The notes: generated by a model not told the origin, from the sequence alone. A stretch of DNA of 64,000 bases from Terriglobia bacterium (GCA_965206645.1 CBDBKE010000004.1:896001-960000), one strand, 5' to 3'. Counted from the first letter of the stretch, positions 9,919 through 20,467 are shown. Translations and numbers: made by a program.

Positions 9919-10800
9919 TTACGCGCGAACCTTGCGGAACGCTTCTTCGATCTCTGCCTTTTCGGCGGGACGGAGAGGAAGCAGCGGGAGCCGACAAGGG
10001 CCGCCATAGTAACCGTTCAAGTCCATGGCGTACTTCAACCCAGGAATGCCGAACTTGGCAATCGCTGCCGCAACTCCGCTGATCATCTGCTGGCGCTCGT
10101 GCGCCGTCTCGTCATCGCGCGCTTTCCAGGCCTCGTAGATGCCCAGGGACGCGCAGGGAGCCGCGTTCGCCAAAGCCAGGATGCCACCCGCCGCGCCCGC
10201 GCCGAGACTGGGGTAAAGCGTCGCCGCTGAGCCTACCAGCACCTGAAACCCCGGCGGCGTGTTGTCCACCATGCGGGCCACTTTCTCCACGTTGCCCGAG
10301 CTCTCCTTGATGCCCAGGATGTTGGGATGTTGGTAGAGCTGTAGGACCACTTCGACGGGAAGATCCAGCCCGGTAGCCTGCGGGAAGTTGTAAAGGAAAA
10401 TAGGGATTCTGGCGGCATCGGCCACCATGCGGAAGTAGGTCAGCTGTGTTTCGGGCCGGTTCATCTGGGCCTTGAAATAATGGGGCGTGCGCACGAGAGC
10501 CGCGTCGCAGCCACGCTCAGCCGCCTGCTTGGTCAGCTCGATGGTTTCTTGCACCGACTCGGCGCCCGTGCCGGCGATGAGCAGCTTGCCGGGAGCGGCA
10601 GCTTCGCGCGCTGCCTCCCAAACCTTCAAGGTCTCCTCCCGGGTCAAGAAGACCGACTCGCCGGTGGAGCCGGTCGGCACGTAGCCGGACACACCCGTCT
10701 TGTTCCATTTCTCGACATTGGCCCGCAGATGCACGGGCGAAAATTCTCCATTCAGCAGAAACGGCGTGCAAATCGGAGGAAAAATTCCGTCGAGCCGCAT
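9919..10800 (-). CDS. Dihydrodipicolinate synthase family aldolase (DapA/HOGA-like)
   Basis: GSTGE, TPHYF, LYNFPQATG, Schiff-base GIKESSG. Confidence 0.9.
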   Translation of the reverse strand: MRLDGIFPPICTPFLLNGEFSPVHLRANVEKWNKTGVSGYVPTGSTGESVFLTREETLKVWEAAREAAAPGKLLIAGTGAESVQETIELTKQAAERGCDAALVRTPHYFKAQMNRPETQLTYFRMVADAARIPIFLYNFPQATGLDLPVEVVLQLYQHPNILGIKESSGNVEKVARMVDNTPPGFQVLVGSAATLYPSLGAGAAGGILALANAAPCASLGIYEAWKARDDETAHERQQMISGVAAAIAKFGIPGLKYAMDLNGYYGGPCRLPLLPLRPAEKAEIEEAFRKVRA

Positions 10801-10881
10801 GATTCCTTATCAAATCACGAATGAATCTCGCTTGCCAGCCTGGACTCGCGGAGCCTGAAATGGGCGACCAGAGCCCGCGTA

Positions 10882-10910
10882 TTGACGAGACTCCGTTCGG
10901 CGAGTATGCT
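10882..10910 (+). promoter_or_regulatory. sigma70-like promoter for the NHL gene
   Basis: TTGACG-N17-TATGCT followed by a GGAGGA RBS. Confidence 0.55.
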
Positions 10911-10927
10911 GCGCCCAGAGGAGGAAC

Positions 10928-11893
10928 GTGGGAATGCCCCTATCTTTGCATGCGATGGGACGTACGATGGTTTTGCTGCTGGCCTTCGCCGCCTGCCTAA
11001 CCGCTCATGAACCAGCCAAGCCGACAGGTGCTGCCGGGGGACCGGCGTCTTCGGAGCTACCCGAACTGCCCTATCGCCTCGTGCCGGACTGGCTCCGGCT
11101 GCCGCCCGGCTGGAACTTGGGAGAAACCGGGGGGGTGGCCACCGATGCCCGCGGCCACATCTACGTCTTCCATCGTGGCCCGCATCCGCTGCTGGAATTC
11201 GAACCCAGCGGGGAATTGGTGCGCGAAATTGGCGCAGGGCTGTTTGTTGCAGCCCACGGCGTGGAGGTAGACCCGCAGGGCAATATCTGGGCGGTGGATG
11301 TGGAAGGTCACATGGTGCTCAAGTTCAATCGCTCGGGCCGGGTGGAGATGGTGCTGGGGAAAAAGGGCCTGGCGAAGAGCGACGACGAGTTCTTCGACCG
11401 GCCGACCGATATCGGCTTCGCTCCCAACGGCGACATTTATGTCACCGACGGCTACGGGAACTCACGCGTGATGAAGTTCTCTCCCGACGGCCGCCTGTTG
11501 AAGAAATGGGGCAAGAAGGGCACCGGGCCCGGGGAGTTCGACACACCGCACTCAGTCGCCGTGGATGCCAAGGGCCTGGTCTACATCGCCGACCGCGAGA
11601 ACAAACGCATCCAGATTTTCGACGCTGACGGCAAATTCCTGCGCCAATGGACGCATGTGGGCGCGCCCTGGGGCCTGGAGATTACGCCGGACCAGCACAT
11701 CTACATGAGCGACGGCTACGCTAACCGCGTGCTGAAACTGGACCTGGAAGGGAAAATCCTGGGCGCGCTGGGCACATCGGGCCGAAGCCCAGGGCAGTTT
11801 AGCTACGTCCACCATATTGCGATCGGCAAGAATGGGGAAATCTACGTCTCGGAAATCCTGAACTGGCGGGTTCAGAAATTCGTGCGCAAGTGA
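10928..11893 (+). CDS. Secreted NHL-repeat beta-propeller (peptidyl-alpha-hydroxyglycine alpha-amidating lyase-like)
   Basis: Signal peptide; repeats FDRPTDIGFAPNGDIYVTDGYGNSRV and FDTPHSVAVD..VYIADRENKRIQ. Confidence 0.88.
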   Translation: MGMPLSLHAMGRTMVLLLAFAACLTAHEPAKPTGAAGGPASSELPELPYRLVPDWLRLPPGWNLGETGGVATDARGHIYVFHRGPHPLLEFEPSGELVREIGAGLFVAAHGVEVDPQGNIWAVDVEGHMVLKFNRSGRVEMVLGKKGLAKSDDEFFDRPTDIGFAPNGDIYVTDGYGNSRVMKFSPDGRLLKKWGKKGTGPGEFDTPHSVAVDAKGLVYIADRENKRIQIFDADGKFLRQWTHVGAPWGLEITPDQHIYMSDGYANRVLKLDLEGKILGALGTSGRSPGQFSYVHHIAIGKNGEIYVSEILNWRVQKFVRK

Positions 11894-11914
11894 TCCTTCA
11901 CGAGCCTTGCACCG

Positions 11915-12014
11915 TCGGACCGCCGCCGCCTTCCGGCGGCACCCAGGTGATGATCTCGTAGGGGTCCATGATGTCGCAGGTCTTGCAGTGGACGCAGTTG
12001 GAGGGATTCAGGTG
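11915..12014 (-). repeat. Orphan 100-bp copy of the ETF-QO gene 3' end (direct repeat)
   Basis: Identical base for base to 13901-14000; encodes [33 protein letters not shown]. Confidence 0.97.
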
Positions 12015-13587
12015 GGCGCCTGGGGTGGTGATATGTCCCCAAAGCGCTCCCGCAACTCCTCATAAACATTGCGAGCCTCGTCCTCTCGGCCCAGGCCAAC
12101 AAGTGTTTCGTGTTTCTTCTGCAATGCCATTGCCACCTGTTCGCGCAGAGCGGCCTCGGTCGCTTCCCCGAAGCGGTGCATTACCTCGTCATAAACAGCA
12201 ATGGCCTCCTCACTCCGGTTCAAATTGCCAAGTGTAATGCCCTTGTAGAACAAAGCCCGGGCGATTCGGCCGTGTAATAAGAGATCGTCAGTATTTCTCG
12301 CTATCAGAATATTCCCGATATGAATAACACGGTCGTATCCGCACAGTTCCTCTTCAGAATCATCACTCAAATCTACTGAAGCAGACCATATCGCACCCAT
12401 GAGTTCGCGAAGTTGCCCGTCAGCTAAATCCGCGTCGCGAATCTCGGCCGCCGCGTTTATAGCTTCCTTATATTGTGAGCGACGAGCAGCATCGCGAACT
12501 TTTTCCAATTGTGCTTCAGCGGCGGGGACGGCTTCCTGTTCCCGCTGTTGAGCCCGTTCAATTCGCTCAATTACGCTCTTGATTAGGTAAATATCAGTTT
12601 CCGGCGTGTTGATATCTTCGACTGGTAAGGAGAAACGAAGTTGCTTCGAAAGAAAGACGAGCGGGTTAGCTGTCAGTTCGGGGGCAGGGAGTTCCAAGGC
12701 CTGTATTAGCTCGCTGAGGACGTCTTCCGCCGGCAGTCTGCTTTCCCCACTTTCCTTTCGGGATAAACGCTCCGGCAAAGGCTGTAGCTGCCCTTGTGGG
12801 CGATCACTCGGTTGCTCTATCGGAGCAACGGGCGGGGCCAGTTGCTCCTCCGGAACAACGAAATACACATCAGAATGATCCTGTAACCAAGGCGGCAACG
12901 AATGCGCATCGGTGGCTCGATAGCAGAACCAATACAGATTGAAACCGAGACGGCTTTGCAATCGGCGTTGCGGCGGGATAAACAATTGTCTAGGAAGGAA
13001 GCCGTCGTCTGGGTTGTGTGCGGTGAGGCTTGCGCCCGGCCCTCTATTTCGCCTCGAAGGTTGCAGCAGTCATAGAACCAATAGCTACCGTGAACGTGCA
13101 CGATCTGTACTGCCTCCCGTTCGGGATCAATACGCTGAACAGTGAGCGGAGAATCACAAACGATGTGCGGCTTACCGAAGACTGCTAGCGCTCGGGGAAG
13201 AAAGTCATCAAAATTTGTAGTGACAACCAGGCTTGCTATTGTCCGATCCAGGAGAAGGTGCGCCAAACGAAGATTCGCGTGAGTAATGGGTTTGTTCTCA
13301 ATCAGCCCTTGTAAATAGGATTGCCGATCGATCGGTTGTGGATATGCCTTCTCGAACCAATGCGAGTAGGTGTCGATTCGTTCTGTTCCGGTTGGCCCAG
13401 GCGGATTGTAGTAGCTGGCAGCGACACTCTTGCACTGATCCTCAATTTCCGAAGCGAGCGGAACCGACGGGTGTGAGATACCGGCACCCACGAGGAAGAA
13501 AAACGGTCTCCCCGCTGCTCGTTGGGCGTGCGTTTCGCAAGCGCGTTTGATCTGCATGACCGCCGTTTTCAAATCAAGCTTGTTCAT
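12008..13587 (-). pseudogene. SIR2-like domain plus TPR-repeat protein, frameshifted near 12965-12975 (putative defence gene)
   Basis: First frame has FLVGAGIS, VTTNFDD, VHVHGS (SIR2-like). Second frame has NLYWFCY, then TPR-like ALFYKGITLGNLNRSEEAIAVYDEV. GC 42-50% in lines 12241 and 12301. Confidence 0.8.
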
Positions 13588-13883
13588 GACTTCGGTCGCC
13601 CTGATTTTTTGGTTCGGCCGGTCTGCTTAGGCTGCACGATAACTTCCCCTGACTTGGTGCCCGTTGAAACTACCCTCAATACTGCAAGAACGCCGCTTGT
13701 CTTGTCAATTCGCGAGGAGCGGCGTTTGGTACTGCGAAGACGCGGCGAAATTATTACGCAGTCACATAACTCCAGCTTCGCCCTTGGGAAAGGCCACCTG
13801 AAGGTAGCCGCGAACATAGCCGCGGCGGGGGCCTTTGCGAAAAACCGCAGCCGCCCTCCACGAAATGAGGTTACGGACCTATT

Positions 13884-15545
13884 TTACAGGTTCTCGTAGT
13901 TCGGACCGCCGCCGCCTTCCGGCGGCACCCAGGTGATGATCTCGTAGGGGTCCATGATGTCGCAGGTCTTGCAGTGGACGCAGTTGGAGGGATTCAGGTG
14001 AATCTGCTTCCGGCCGTCCTTTTCCACCATTTCGTAGACCGCGGCCGGGCAGAAGTACTGGCAGGGATTACCGAATTCTCTGGTGCAGCGGTCGTTGCAA
14101 ATGTTGGTATCGTGAATGAGCAGATGCGACGGCTGATCCTCCTCGTGCTTGGTCGCCGAGTGGAAGACGTCGGTGAGCTTGTCGAACGTCAGGTGCCCAT
14201 CGGGAGCTAGCGGCGGCGGTTGTAGATGCGGGCTTTCAACGCGCAACTGAGGCAGTTTTTTCAGCCGCCGGTGGCCTGCCTCGGCTGAGTAACGCAACCA
14301 AAGGCCGCGGCCCCCGGTTAGCATCTGCAATCCGGTGTGCAGCATGCCCCGCAGAAGGCCCTTCTCATAAGCCTGGTGAAAGTTGCGCACCTTCCACAGT
14401 TCCTGCCCGGCCCAGCTTTCCTTGAAGTTCCTTTCGTAGGCAGAGAGCCGCTGTTGGGAGAAATCCCGGGCGGCGAAGGCGTCGAAGATGGCGTCGGCGG
14501 AGAGCATCCCGCTCTTGATAGCCAAGTGGATGCCTTTGAGCCGTTGCTCATTGAGCAAGCCGGCTGAGTCGCCAAGGATCACCGCGCCGTCGGACACCAG
14601 TCGCGGCATGGAGAAGTAGCCACCCTCGGGAATTGTCTTGGCGCCGTATTTCACCAAGCGACTGCCTTCCAGCAGCGCGCGCAGGAACGAGTGGGTCTTC
14701 CAGTGCTGGAACGCGGTGTGGAGATCGACCAGCGGGTTGCGGTAATCCAGTCCGACCACCAGCCCAAGTGACACCAGGTTGTTGCGCATCCCGTAGAGAA
14801 AACCGCCGCCGTATTGGTCCCGGCTCAAGGGCCAGCCCAGCGTGTGGATCACTGTGCCCGGCGCCAGGCGCCCAGCGGGCACTTCCCACAACTCCTTCAA
14901 GCCCAAGCCGTAGGTCATGGGGTTGATGCCCTTCTCCAGTTCCTTTTCCATGAAAAGTTGCTTGGCCAGAGAGCCGCGCGGGCCCTCGGCAATGACGGTC
15001 ACACGAGCGTGGAGATCGCTGCCGGGCTGGTGGTTTTCTTTAGGACGACCCTGCCGGTCTACTCCCTTGTCGCCGGTTCGCACGCCGGCGACGGCGCCTT
15101 TCTCGTCATAAAGCACTTGCACGCCTGCCGTGTCGGTAAAAATGGTGATCCCGGCCTCTTCCACCTCTTGTCCCATCCATTTGCCCAGGCGATTCAGTGA
15201 TACGACGTAGTTGCCTGTGTTGTGGAGGAAAGGGGGCGTGATGGGAAATTTGAAATGGTTGCGCTGGGTGAAAAAATAAACCGCATCGTTTGCCACCGGG
15301 CAATCGAGCGGTGCCTTGGCCTCAAAGCCGGGGAGCAGCTCGCGGAGGGAGCGCAGATCGAGGATAGCGCCGGAGAGCAGGTGCGCGCCCACCTCGCGCC
15401 CTTTCTCCAGCACGTAGACGTTTTCCAGATTGAGCGTGCCGGGCTGCGCGGCGGCCCGCTGGGCCAGGCGCAGGGCACAGGCCAGCCCCGCCGGTCCGGC
15501 TCCAACGATCACCACATCGGCTTTCAGGACTTCTCGTGGAGGCAT
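13884..15545 (-). CDS. Electron transfer flavoprotein-ubiquinone oxidoreductase
   Basis: FAD motif GAGPAG, HLLSGA, KGIHLAIKSG, 4Fe-4S motifs [16 protein letters not shown]-terminus PEGGGGPNY. Confidence 0.95.
   Translation of the reverse strand: MPPREVLKADVVIVGAGPAGLACALRLAQRAAAQPGTLNLENVYVLEKGREVGAHLLSGAILDLRSLRELLPGFEAKAPLDCPVANDAVYFFTQRNHFKFPITPPFLHNTGNYVVSLNRLGKWMGQEVEEAGITIFTDTAGVQVLYDEKGAVAGVRTGDKGVDRQGRPKENHQPGSDLHARVTVIAEGPRGSLAKQLFMEKELEKGINPMTYGLGLKELWEVPAGRLAPGTVIHTLGWPLSRDQYGGGFLYGMRNNLVSLGLVVGLDYRNPLVDLHTAFQHWKTHSFLRALLEGSRLVKYGAKTIPEGGYFSMPRLVSDGAVILGDSAGLLNEQRLKGIHLAIKSGMLSADAIFDAFAARDFSQQRLSAYERNFKESWAGQELWKVRNFHQAYEKGLLRGMLHTGLQMLTGGRGLWLRYSAEAGHRRLKKLPQLRVESPHLQPPPLAPDGHLTFDKLTDVFHSATKHEEDQPSHLLIHDTNICNDRCTREFGNPCQYFCPAAVYEMVEKDGRKQIHLNPSNCVHCKTCDIMDPYEIITWVPPEGGGGPNYENL
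13901..14000 (-). repeat. Resident copy of the 100-bp direct repeat inside ETF-QO
   Basis: Identical to 11915-12014. Confidence 0.97.
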
Positions 15546-15611
15546 GAAAGAATTTCAAATTCGGATTGGGGATTGCGGATCTCTTGTTCGCAATCTCCCG
15601 GCCTGACCCAG

Positions 15612-16943
15612 TTATTCTCCCAGGGTACGCAGTCGGTTTGCCACCTGGGCGCGATCCAACACCATGCCCTCGCGGATCACCAGCTTGATTTTGCGCGTGT
15701 CCCGGATGTTGGTCAGCGGATCACCAGCGACCACCACGATGTCGGCGACCTTGCCCGGGCGGATCGTACCGACGTCATCTAGTCGCAGCGCTTCGGCACC
15801 GGCACGGGTAGCCGCCACCAGTGCCTGGGCGGGGGAAAGACCTGCTTCCACGTAGGCCTCCAGTTCCCGGTGAAAGGCAAAACCTGTCTCGGCGTTAGGC
15901 ACGCTGCCGTGCGATCCCACCACCAACCTGCCTCCGGCGCGTTGGAAGGCGACGGCAAAGGCAGCCATGTTCCGCACCGAACGCGGCTGCCGGTCTCCAA
16001 GGGAACGGCGCGGCATCTCGAACACGGCAATGGTCGGGTCCAGATAGACTCCACGAGCGACCAGAAAGCGAATCAGCCCTTGAGTCCGAGGCGAGGAGAC
16101 ATTCACCTTTTCCCAAACCTCGTAGCGGCCCTTGCGGCGTGCCTCGTTGTTCTTCAGCACCGCCTGTCGGTAGCGTTCCGCCTCCGGAGGCGGCAGCAGC
16201 GCCAGGCCTACTGAAGTAACATGCTCAATGCCGTCCAACCCCAGGTTCACCGCCTCCCGCACATCCACAATCTCCAGGTGGCCGGTGACGTGCACTCCCC
16301 GCCGGTGCGCCACCTCTATCACCGTCTTCATCAGCGAGAGCGGCAGGCGGAAGTACACCTTCAGTGAGCTGGCTCCGGCGTCAATGAGCCGGTTGGCCTC
16401 GCGCTCGGCGTCCATCTGATCCAACAGGACAATGGCCTCGCGCGGGTGGGCAGGATCGGGGCCGTCCAGCAACGGACCGGACATCAGGAAGCGGGGTAGC
16501 GGCAGGCCGTAGGCACGGAGCTTTTCCAGCACCTCCTGATCGTGCTCGATCCAGTTGCCCATGTCGCGCACGGTGGTGATGCCGTTGAGCAGGAAGGCGA
16601 CGGGCAGCCCGGGGTGTCGGTGCAGGTCGAAATGGAAATGCAAGTCAATGAAACCGGGCAGAACGGTCCGGCCGGCCGTGGAGAGCACACGCGCGCCCGC
16701 CGGCGTGGCAACCTGGCCACGGCGGCCGACCGCCACAATCCGATCACCACGAATGACCACCACCGCGTCATCGAGCGGTGGCACGCCGGTCCCGTCAAAC
16801 AGCGTCCCGCCCTGAAGGACGATTACCGATTGCGGATTGCTGATTGCGGGCTGATTGCCCGCCTGTGCCCCAGCTCGTCCCCCCGCTTGTACATGGTACT
16901 GCCCGGGCCAAATTGCAATGCCCAGGACGGCGGCCAGTACCAT
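15612..16943 (-). CDS. Secreted amidohydrolase family protein
   Basis: PGFIDLHFH, GITTVRDMG, KVY, TGH, DGIEH, GKVADIVVV. Start uncertain (16943 chosen; ORF extends to 17027). Confidence 0.88.
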   Translation of the reverse strand: MVLAAVLGIAIWPGQYHVQAGGRAGAQAGNQPAISNPQSVIVLQGGTLFDGTGVPPLDDAVVVIRGDRIVAVGRRGQVATPAGARVLSTAGRTVLPGFIDLHFHFDLHRHPGLPVAFLLNGITTVRDMGNWIEHDQEVLEKLRAYGLPLPRFLMSGPLLDGPDPAHPREAIVLLDQMDAEREANRLIDAGASSLKVYFRLPLSLMKTVIEVAHRRGVHVTGHLEIVDVREAVNLGLDGIEHVTSVGLALLPPPEAERYRQAVLKNNEARRKGRYEVWEKVNVSSPRTQGLIRFLVARGVYLDPTIAVFEMPRRSLGDRQPRSVRNMAAFAVAFQRAGGRLVVGSHGSVPNAETGFAFHRELEAYVEAGLSPAQALVAATRAGAEALRLDDVGTIRPGKVADIVVVAGDPLTNIRDTRKIKLVIREGMVLDRAQVANRLRTLGE

Positions 16944-17020
16944 CCTCAGCCAGTTTCGAGTCCCAGACCGCGGAGTGTGGCTTTTCAAAACCCGCGACCT
17001 GCGATCCGCAATCGGCAATC
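16821..17020. repeat. Inverted pair of degenerate heptamer arrays (GATTGCG-type)
   Basis: 16821-16859 gattacc gattgcg gattgct gattgcg; 16993-17020 cgcgacc tgcgatc cgcaatc ggcaatc; related array at 15559-15599. Confidence 0.7.
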
Positions 17021-17023
17021 GTT

Positions 17024-17998
17024 TCACCCCTTCGCCTTCTTGATTTCCTCAATGAGGGCGGGAACCAGAGCGAACAGGTCGGCGGCGACCCCGTAGTCGG
17101 CCACCTCGAAGATGGGCGCGTTGCGATCCTTGTTGACGGCAACAATAGTCCGCGAGCCCTTCATGCCCACCTGGTGCTGGATGGCACCAGAGATGCCCAG
17201 GCCGATGTACAGTTTGGGAGCGACGGTTTGGCCCGAGCTGCCAATCTGCCGCTCCATGGGCAGCCAACCATTGTCACAAATGGGTCGCGAAGCGCCCAGC
17301 TCCGCGTTGAGCACCTGGCAGAGCTGCTCGGCGAGGGCCAGGTTTTCCTTCTCCTTGATGCCCCGTCCCACGGCTACAATCACCTCGGCTTGGCTCAGGT
17401 CCACCGTGCGCTTGGCTTCCTGAAACGGCTCGCCGGGGACGGTGCGGATGTCGGAAGCCTCGAGCCGCACTTCGATCTTTTCCACCGCGGGCGTCCTGGT
17501 GGGAAGCTGATCGGCGCGGAAGGCCCCTGCCTGAACGGAGGCGAAATAGGGTGGGTCGCCAGCGAAGGCCACGTCGGCGTTGATGCGGCCCTGAAACAGT
17601 TGCCGAGTAAACAGCAGTTCGCCGTCCTGGATCAGGTGGCCGATGCAGTCGCTGATGAAGCCGCGGCCCAGCGAGGCCGCTAGCTTCGGCGCGAAGTCGC
17701 GCACCTGATAGGTATGGGGCAGCAGCACCAGCCAGGGCTTCAATTGTTCCACCGTCTGCTTCAATGCCAGGCAATGGGCGTCGGGCGTGTAGGGCTCCAG
17801 CAGCGGATGGTCCAGAGCGTAGACGCGGGCGGCCGGGATCTCGGCAGCCAGCGCTGCCCCGCCCTGCCCGGGTACCACCGCCTCCACGGCGCGACCCAGC
17901 TCCCCGCCGATGGCTTGGGCTGCTGCCAGTGCCTCCAGGCTCATGCGATTCAGCTTCCCTCCCCGCTGTTCAATGACCGTCAGGATGGCATTCGGCAT
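17024..17998 (-). CDS. etfA: Electron transfer flavoprotein alpha subunit
   Basis: VAVGRG, LGASRP, QIGSSGQTVAPKLY, GISGAIQH. Confidence 0.96.
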   Translation of the reverse strand: MPNAILTVIEQRGGKLNRMSLEALAAAQAIGGELGRAVEAVVPGQGGAALAAEIPAARVYALDHPLLEPYTPDAHCLALKQTVEQLKPWLVLLPHTYQVRDFAPKLAASLGRGFISDCIGHLIQDGELLFTRQLFQGRINADVAFAGDPPYFASVQAGAFRADQLPTRTPAVEKIEVRLEASDIRTVPGEPFQEAKRTVDLSQAEVIVAVGRGIKEKENLALAEQLCQVLNAELGASRPICDNGWLPMERQIGSSGQTVAPKLYIGLGISGAIQHQVGMKGSRTIVAVNKDRNAPIFEVADYGVAADLFALVPALIEEIKKAKG

Positions 17999-18008
17999 CG
18001 GAAACTGC

Positions 18009-18800
18009 TCACAAGACGCGGGCCTCGAACTTCAGCTTCTCCGCTAACTGAACCGCCACCTCCTTAGGCGAGCCGTCCAGGAATTGGGTCTGCTTGGTCT
18101 TGCGCGGGAAGTAAACGCGGCGGATGTTCTGTCGGTTTCCCCAGTCCGCGTCCTGCCTCTCCAGGTCGGCTCCCAAGTCAACCTTGGTGAGGCGGCGGAC
18201 CGGTTTGGTCTTGGCTTTCTTGATTCCCATGAGAGTGGCATAGCGCAACCGGGCCAGCCCTGACTGAATGGTGAGCACGGCCGGTAGCGGCATCTCCACC
18301 GTCTGAAACCAGCCTCCCTCAAGTTCGCGCTTCACGCGTACGCGCCCCTTGGCCGGCTGCACATCCATGATGATGGTAGCGTGCGGCACGCCGAGCAGTT
18401 CGGCCAGAATGACACCCGTCTGTGCGAAACCTAGGTCGTCGGATTGCAACCCGGCCAATACCAAGTCATAGGCTTCGTCCTTGATGCCGGTAGCCAGCAG
18501 GCGCGCAGTGTTGTAGGCGTCGAGTTGCACGAAGGCGTCGTCCTCCAGGTGGATGGCCCGATCGGCACCCTTGGCCAGAGCCTCGCGGATCACTTGCAGC
18601 ACGCGCGCCGGACCCGCCGATATCGCTACCACTTCGCCCCCATGCTGCTCCTTCAAGCGCAAGGCCGCTTCCAGAGCGTAGGCGTCCGGCTCGTTGATCT
18701 CGTAGCTGATGTCGCCCTCGCGGATCCAGGTTTTTGCGTCGTTCAGGCGGAGAGTGGAGTCGCGGGCAGGCACTTGCTTGATGCAGACGATCAGCTTCAT
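18009..18800 (-). CDS. etfB: Electron transfer flavoprotein beta subunit
   Basis: MKLIVCIKQVP, DAYALEAAL, ALAKGAD, GLQSDD, RYATLMGI. Confidence 0.96.
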   Translation of the reverse strand: MKLIVCIKQVPARDSTLRLNDAKTWIREGDISYEINEPDAYALEAALRLKEQHGGEVVAISAGPARVLQVIREALAKGADRAIHLEDDAFVQLDAYNTARLLATGIKDEAYDLVLAGLQSDDLGFAQTGVILAELLGVPHATIIMDVQPAKGRVRVKRELEGGWFQTVEMPLPAVLTIQSGLARLRYATLMGIKKAKTKPVRRLTKVDLGADLERQDADWGNRQNIRRVYFPRKTKQTQFLDGSPKEVAVQLAEKLKFEARVL

Positions 18801-18812
18801 GAAACCCCGGCG

Positions 18813-20054
18813 CTACTCCGAATAGCGTTTAAACAGGAGGGCGGCGTTGGTGCCTCCGAACCCGAATGAGTTGGTCAGCGCATACTCGAACTTGGCCTTC
18901 CGAGCGTTGTTCGGGACGTAATCCAGGTCGCACTCCGGGTCGGGTGTCACATAGTTGATCGTGGGGGGCAGGCGCTGATCGCGGAGCGCCAGCATGGTGA
19001 TGCCGGCTTCCAGACCTCCAGCCCCGCCCAGCAGGTGCCCAGTCATGGACTTGGTGGAGCTGACCGCCAGCTTGTAGGCGTGCTCGCCGAAAACCCGCTT
19101 GATGGCCAGGGTTTCCAGCTTGTCGTTATAGGGTGTGGAGGTACCGTGGGCGTTAATATAGCCCACCTGGTCGGGTGCCACACGGGCGTCGGCCAGCGCG
19201 TTCCGCATGACGCGGTAGGCGCCGTCGCCATTCTCGGAGGGTTGGGTGATATGGAAGGCGTCGCTGCTCATTCCGTAACCCACCACTTCAGCCAGGATGC
19301 GCGCGCCCCGGCGCCGCGCGAATTCCAGTTCCTCCAGCACCAGCAGGCCGGCGCCTTCGCCGATGACGAAGCCATCGCGGTCCTTGTCGAAGGGGCGCGA
19401 GGCGTGTTCCGCCTCGTCATTGCGCACCGAGAGGGCGCGCATCGCGGCAAAGCCGCCCACCCCCATCGGAGTGATAGCGGCTTCCGCGCCGCCGCAGATC
19501 ATCACGTCGGCGTCGCAGTGGCTGATAATGCGGAACGAATCGCCCGTCGCATGCGTGCTGGCAGAGCAGGCGGTGGCGGTGGCCGAGTTCGGCCCCTGGG
19601 CGTTGTAGCGGATCGACATATGGCCCGAGGCCAGATTCACAATGGAACCCGGGATGAAGAACGGCGAGATCCTGCGCGGCCCGCCAGCCAGCAGGGCGGC
19701 ATGTTCCCGTTCAATCACGTCGAACCCACCGATCCCGGAGCTGACGTAGACACCCACTCGATCGGCGATTTCTGCGGTCACTTTCAGGCCGGCCATTTCC
19801 ATGGCGAAGTCGCCAGCCGCGATCGCCAGGTGAGTGAAGCGGCCCATCTTTTTCACTTCTTTCTTCGGGATCCAACGCAGCGGGTCGAACCCTTTCACCT
19901 CGGCGGCGATCCTGCAGGAAAATTGCGAAGCATCGAAGTGGGTGATGGGCGCGACCCCGCTCTTGCCCGCCAGCAAGGCCTGCCAGCTTTCCTCCGTCCC
20001 CACGCCCAGCGGGGAAACCAAACCCACTCCGGTAACCACCACTCTGCGTCCCAT
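18813..20054 (-). CDS. fabF: 3-oxoacyl-ACP synthase II
   Basis: [29 protein letters not shown]. Confidence 0.97.
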   Translation of the reverse strand: MGRRVVVTGVGLVSPLGVGTEESWQALLAGKSGVAPITHFDASQFSCRIAAEVKGFDPLRWIPKKEVKKMGRFTHLAIAAGDFAMEMAGLKVTAEIADRVGVYVSSGIGGFDVIEREHAALLAGGPRRISPFFIPGSIVNLASGHMSIRYNAQGPNSATATACSASTHATGDSFRIISHCDADVMICGGAEAAITPMGVGGFAAMRALSVRNDEAEHASRPFDKDRDGFVIGEGAGLLVLEELEFARRRGARILAEVVGYGMSSDAFHITQPSENGDGAYRVMRNALADARVAPDQVGYINAHGTSTPYNDKLETLAIKRVFGEHAYKLAVSSTKSMTGHLLGGAGGLEAGITMLALRDQRLPPTINYVTPDPECDLDYVPNNARKAKFEYALTNSFGFGGTNAALLFKRYSE

Positions 20055-20158
20055 GAACCCCTCAGTGTCCTACAGTGCCGCTCGCCGCCGGCCGGCCCCT
20101 AGAATTCACCACCTTGCTGGCCGGGCGGCAACCCATCACCGACCTCAAAAGCTGCCAC

Positions 20159-20398
20159 CTACTTTTTGGCATGTTTCCCGACGTATTCAATGGCGTCTTT
20201 CACTGTCAGGATTTTCTCCGAGTCCTCGTCCGGGATCTCGATCTCGAACGCCTCCTCAAAAGCCATGACCAATTCGACCGTGTCCAGCGAGTCGGCCCCA
20301 AGGTCGTCGATAAAAGATGCCGTGGGTGTGACCTCGGCCTCATCCGTGCCAAGTTGCTCAACGATGATCTGCTTTACTCGCTCTTCAACATCTGCCAT
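20159..20398 (-). CDS. acpP: Acyl carrier protein
   Basis: [18 protein letters not shown]. Confidence 0.98.
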   Translation of the reverse strand: MADVEERVKQIIVEQLGTDEAEVTPTASFIDDLGADSLDTVELVMAFEEAFEIEIPDEDSEKILTVKDAIEYVGKHAKK

Positions 20399-20467
20399 TC
20401 CACTGCTCCTCCCGTTTGGAACTTACGCGCTACCAGACAAGCCGTCATTGTTAGCACAAGGAGGCCG

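Noticed and set aside
11915-14000. DGR template/variable repeat pair
   Set aside because: The copies are identical, with no adenine-specific mismatches, and no reverse transcriptase is in the window.
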